Source of the DNA: an uncultured Ignavibacteria bacterium
Lineage (GTDB): Bacteria > Zixibacteria > MSB-5A5 > WJJR01
Assembly: GCA_964593585.1 (NCBI GenBank)
Contig: CAZQIZ010000003.1
Span: 299 to 64,298 of the forward strand
Length of the DNA: 64,000 nt
Direction: 5' to 3'
Positions 62,301 through 64,000 of this stretch are shown here, one piece after another (within the stretch, counting starts at the first letter, position 1; each line of letters opens with the position of its first letter). The notes beneath the pieces were generated by a model, which had not been told where the DNA came from, did not search any database, and saw nothing but the letters and a program-made list of their open reading frames with translations. A program made the position numbers and the translations under genes.

Positions 62301-62846
62301 TCCGAGCGCCACCAACCGCGCGGACAGTTCATCGAGCGCATACTCCCCGCCAATGCGAACCTCGAACATCCGTTGCCGGAGCTCCTCCGGAGGGAGGGTC
62401 GGCTCAAACAATGCACGGACATGCGTGACTACCACCGGCGGATCGGGTGCCAGGCATCGCCACAGCGTCTCCAACCGTCGCCCCACCGACTCCGGACCCG
62501 GATGGCGAAACTCATAGGGCAGGATTTCCCACGAATGAAAGCGCAGGACACGATCGTGGCCGAGGAGGTGAATCAGATCGTCATGCCAATGGGCCGCATC
62601 TTCGGGCTCGGCTACGACAACCACCGTCGGACGCGCGCGGCGCAGGTGCAGCCGCGCCAGTGCGCACGCAGCCAGGGAGCCGGATGTCCCGGTCAAATCA
62701 ACATGGACGCCCCCCCCGGAAGTCCACTGAGCATCCAGTTGCCGGAACGCCTCCAGACGGTCCAGCGCCCGAAAGGCGGTATCAAATGCGTGTCGGGTAC
62801 GGGCGCCCCGGCGAGTGATCGTGGAATCCTGGTGTTCAGCGGACAT
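59328..62846 (-). CDS. mfd: transcription-repair coupling factor
   Basis: Start MSAEHQDS at ATG 62846 within ORF 59328..62945. UvrB-homology N-region, RNAP-interaction domain, SF2 helicase motifs (GDVGYGKTEVA, DEEQRFG) and TRCF C-domain. 1172 aa. Confidence 0.95.
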   Translation of the reverse strand: MSAEHQDSTITRRGARTRHAFDTAFRALDRLEAFRQLDAQWTSGGGVHVDLTGTSGSLAACALARLHLRRARPTVVVVAEPEDAAHWHDDLIHLLGHDRVLRFHSWEILPYEFRHPGPESVGRRLETLWRCLAPDPPVVVTHVRALFEPTLPPEELRQRMFEVRIGGEYALDELSARLVALGFRRVPLVEEVGTFSVRGGILDLFTYSSSEPLRIEFFGDTVESIRTFAVTTQRTTAKRDHCVILPSREVRASGPEYEKGWDRAGWDAAWRDRVENDPERPGLEWLAGSLGQRRGSLLDYFGQDLVIWTHDPTRLRHAADRFEEESQRFHARLASHLPDPPPPTQVYLPVERWHEPPVGGLHVWVYDLFVEATARGVRCDLAAVGPPSVGASVRRLSEELTAFEQQGYDVAIACDNEGLKRRLAEMLEDVHGTVEYIFPALHAGFVLPDARFALLTEHEVFNRHKARFRRRKFQEGLALSSYTQLKKGDYVVHVDHGVARFRGLEAITVDGRRRDCLLLLYQGDDKLFVPIEEFDRVQKYSGQDARPALSKLGGTAWEKTKRRAKQALLAMAEDLIKLYAARKAQPGHAFAEHGEWMTQLESSFIYEETPDQEKAIAAVSEDMTAPTPMERLICGDVGYGKTEVAIRAAFRAVCDHKQVAVLVPTTILAQQHLTTFRERLSEFPVRIETLSRFRSPKEQKRIVAEVAAGKVDIIIGTHRLLQKDVVFHDLGLLIVDEEQRFGVAHKERLRQMRQTVDTLALSATPIPRTLQMSLLGARDLSLITTSPRDRLPVQTEIRPFGPEVVSEAILRELDRGGQVYFVHNRIQTIGTMADFLTRLLPTVRIGVAHGEMPERELEAVMTRFYHGEYHVLLSTAIIESGLDIPSVNTIVIHRADRFGLAQLYQLRGRVGRSARQAYAYLLVPPSGALSTTAKARLRAIEEHTALGSGFHLAMRDMEIRGAGNLLGAQQHGFIEEIGFDLYCRLLDEAVAEARGSAPMLAQAPVQIDVDGDRFIPDDYITDNQQRFEMYKRLAEMNAPEAVEDLALELTDRFGAPPAEVRRLLAMARVRVLARRARVTQASARGNLWAVTFAPEAQITRAQIEPWRVALGDRASFVSGPPFAITVRPPMGQSADLAGLVRIVGILAGEPDSGVIDGGPGAQGAVGTGGAIG

Positions 62847-62980
62847 GGTCGGCTCGGCGCATACACGAAAACCCCATCCCTCTTTCGAGGGTGGGTGTCG
62901 GCACTCTGATCCGGGCAACTCGCCGCCCGGTTGTCGAACAAGCATATCCGGGCGGGAGATGTTCCCGCCCGGACAATCGT

Positions 62981-63547
62981 CTATAAGTCCAGATCGGCGG
63001 TCGTGAAGATCGCCTGAAATGGCCAGCCCTTGTCGGCAAACAGCGCATCGGCGCCGGCCGCGCGGTTGAGTACGGTGTAAACGCCGATCACACTGCCGCC
63101 GCCGGCCATGATGGCTTCGGCGGCGCGCATCGCCGACTGGCCGGTGGTGGTCACATCCTCGACCACCGCCACTTTCATGCCCGCCTCGAACGGTCCTTCG
63201 ATCTGCCGTCCGGTGCCATGGTCCTTGGCCTCGCGTCGCACGATCAACGCCGGGCAGTCGAAGCCGTCTTCGGCCGCTGCGATCGTGACGGCGGAGACGA
63301 TCGGGTCAGCGCCCAGCGTCATGCCGCCGACCGCCTGCGCCCCCGAGGGCTTGATCATCTGCCAAAGCAGACGCCCCACCAGTCGGAGGTACTCGCCGCG
63401 CAGACAGATCTCCTTAACGTTGACGTAATAATCCGAGACTGCGCCGGAGGCCAGGATGAACCGTCCGCGCTTGAGGGCGTGGCGGTTCAGCCCCACCCGC
63501 AGCGCGGCCTTCGCCTGCTCGTCAATCTCGACTGCCATTGTGTTCAT
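62981..63547 (-). CDS. pyrE: orotate phosphoribosyltransferase
   Basis: ORF 62981..63547. PRPP-binding VAVVEDVTTTGQS, PyrE length (188 aa). Confidence 0.92.
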   Translation of the reverse strand: MNTMAVEIDEQAKAALRVGLNRHALKRGRFILASGAVSDYYVNVKEICLRGEYLRLVGRLLWQMIKPSGAQAVGGMTLGADPIVSAVTIAAAEDGFDCPALIVRREAKDHGTGRQIEGPFEAGMKVAVVEDVTTTGQSAMRAAEAIMAGGGSVIGVYTVLNRAAGADALFADKGWPFQAIFTTADLDL

Positions 63548-63569
63548 CGGGACTCCAACTGCCCTGCCG

Positions 63570-64000
63570 TCACTGGACCGTCAGTTTGCCGGGCTGGAAC
63601 TGCGGCTCGATCAGCGCGTTGGCTGTGTCGACGTAGGTCAGGTAATTGGCCGGCGGGAAGAATGTATCTTCGATATCGCCCGATTCGGCATTCGGACCTA
63701 TGGTCACATAGACGGTTCCCAGCAGCCCTTCCTTGGCGGGGATATTGGGTTCGGTGGTCGGAATGGCGGTGAACAGCACGCGGTGGTTGTCGTTGTCGAT
63801 GTTGATCGGACGTGTGGCAATGAACTCCAGGATCGAGCCGGCATACGACACCGAATCGATGGTGACACCCGACGGAACGACCAGCGGGATGACGATCGCC
63901 TTGGCCTCTTCGACGCCATAGTACTGGACCTTGATGGCAGCGGACGAACCCTTGGCAGCGGTGACCGGGTCGATCCAGACGCGGGCGTCGGACTGCTTGA
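63570..64000 (-). CDS. hypothetical protein, C-terminal 143 aa only (open to window end); possible cohesin-like beta-sandwich
   Basis: The frame has no stop from 64000 down to TAA at 63570. Translation ...IKVQYYGVEEAKAIVIPLVVPSGVTIDSVSYAGSILEF...RVLFTAIPTTEPNIPAKEGLLGTVYVTIGPNA... resembles cohesin strand motifs. GC is lower than its neighbours. Confidence 0.5.
   Translation of the reverse strand, partial: KQSDARVWIDPVTAAKGSSAAIKVQYYGVEEAKAIVIPLVVPSGVTIDSVSYAGSILEFIATRPINIDNDNHRVLFTAIPTTEPNIPAKEGLLGTVYVTIGPNAESGDIEDTFFPPANYLTYVDTANALIEPQFQPGKLTVQ

Overview
This 64 kb window is a high-GC (~65-68%), gene-dense stretch of bacterial chromosome with no recognisable mobile elements, integrases or CRISPR arrays. 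Most of it is housekeeping content, listed here from start to end of the window:
- Cell-division and nucleotide block on the minus strand: obg (5' part), cdaA, folP, ftsH, hpt, tilS, then a GAF-GAF-PP2C phosphatase and a CPBP membrane protease.
- One minus-strand operon, closed by a clean intrinsic terminator: a 2[4Fe-4S] ferredoxin, an MvhD/FlpD-like Fe-S protein, a 2-oxoacid:ferredoxin oxidoreductase alpha subunit, a fused beta-gamma subunit, alanine dehydrogenase, and an acetyl-CoA hydrolase/transferase-family CoA-transferase.
- A tandem-domain (fused) ThyX-like thymidylate synthase, divergent from an M29 aminopeptidase, followed by an SGNH hydrolase and trkA-trkH.
- An esterase lipoprotein and a FadL-family outer-membrane protein, then uvrA, a fused LeuC/LeuD-type aconitase-family protein, gcvT, a ComB-like phosphatase and tyrS.
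- A b6f-type cytochrome bc operon: Rieske protein, cytochrome b6, a subunit IV-like protein, and an 868-aa membrane-anchored octaheme c-type cytochrome.
- tRNA-Ser(GCU) next to a GIY-YIG protein, a Tat-signal MBL hydrolase, rpmG (L33), oligopeptidase B, a small dockerin-like Cys-rich ORF, and tRNA-Lys(CUU).
- Three plus-strand genes right after tRNA-Lys: a polytopic membrane protein, a DUF502 protein and a PTS-EIIA(Ntr)-like/CBS-pair fusion.
- A minus-strand run: SET-domain protein, YfhO-like membrane protein and an OPT transporter (the last two coupled through an ATGA overlap).
- An NAD-IDH-like dehydrogenase and dedA, then a minus-strand block: a CheY-like receiver, hflX, two parvulin-type PPIases (one a lipoprotein), mfd and pyrE.
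- A partial ORF at the window end whose C-terminus looks like a cohesin beta-sandwich.

The outer-membrane proteins, SurA-like chaperones and the C-terminal-Phe beta-barrel indicate a diderm organism; the phylum cannot be assigned from this window. I found no obvious novel defence or mobile system.

The observations most worth a second look are:
- the bc complex with its unusual octaheme cytochrome;
- the alanine-to-acetate ferredoxin-reducing operon, with an MvhD-like insert and an FNR/CRP-type palindrome upstream;
- a possible dockerin/cohesin-like module pair;
- a fused ThyX-like thymidylate synthase;
- a bacterial SET-domain protein with a basic tail;
- several structured intergenic regions, including shared-flank terminators and REP-like palindromes.
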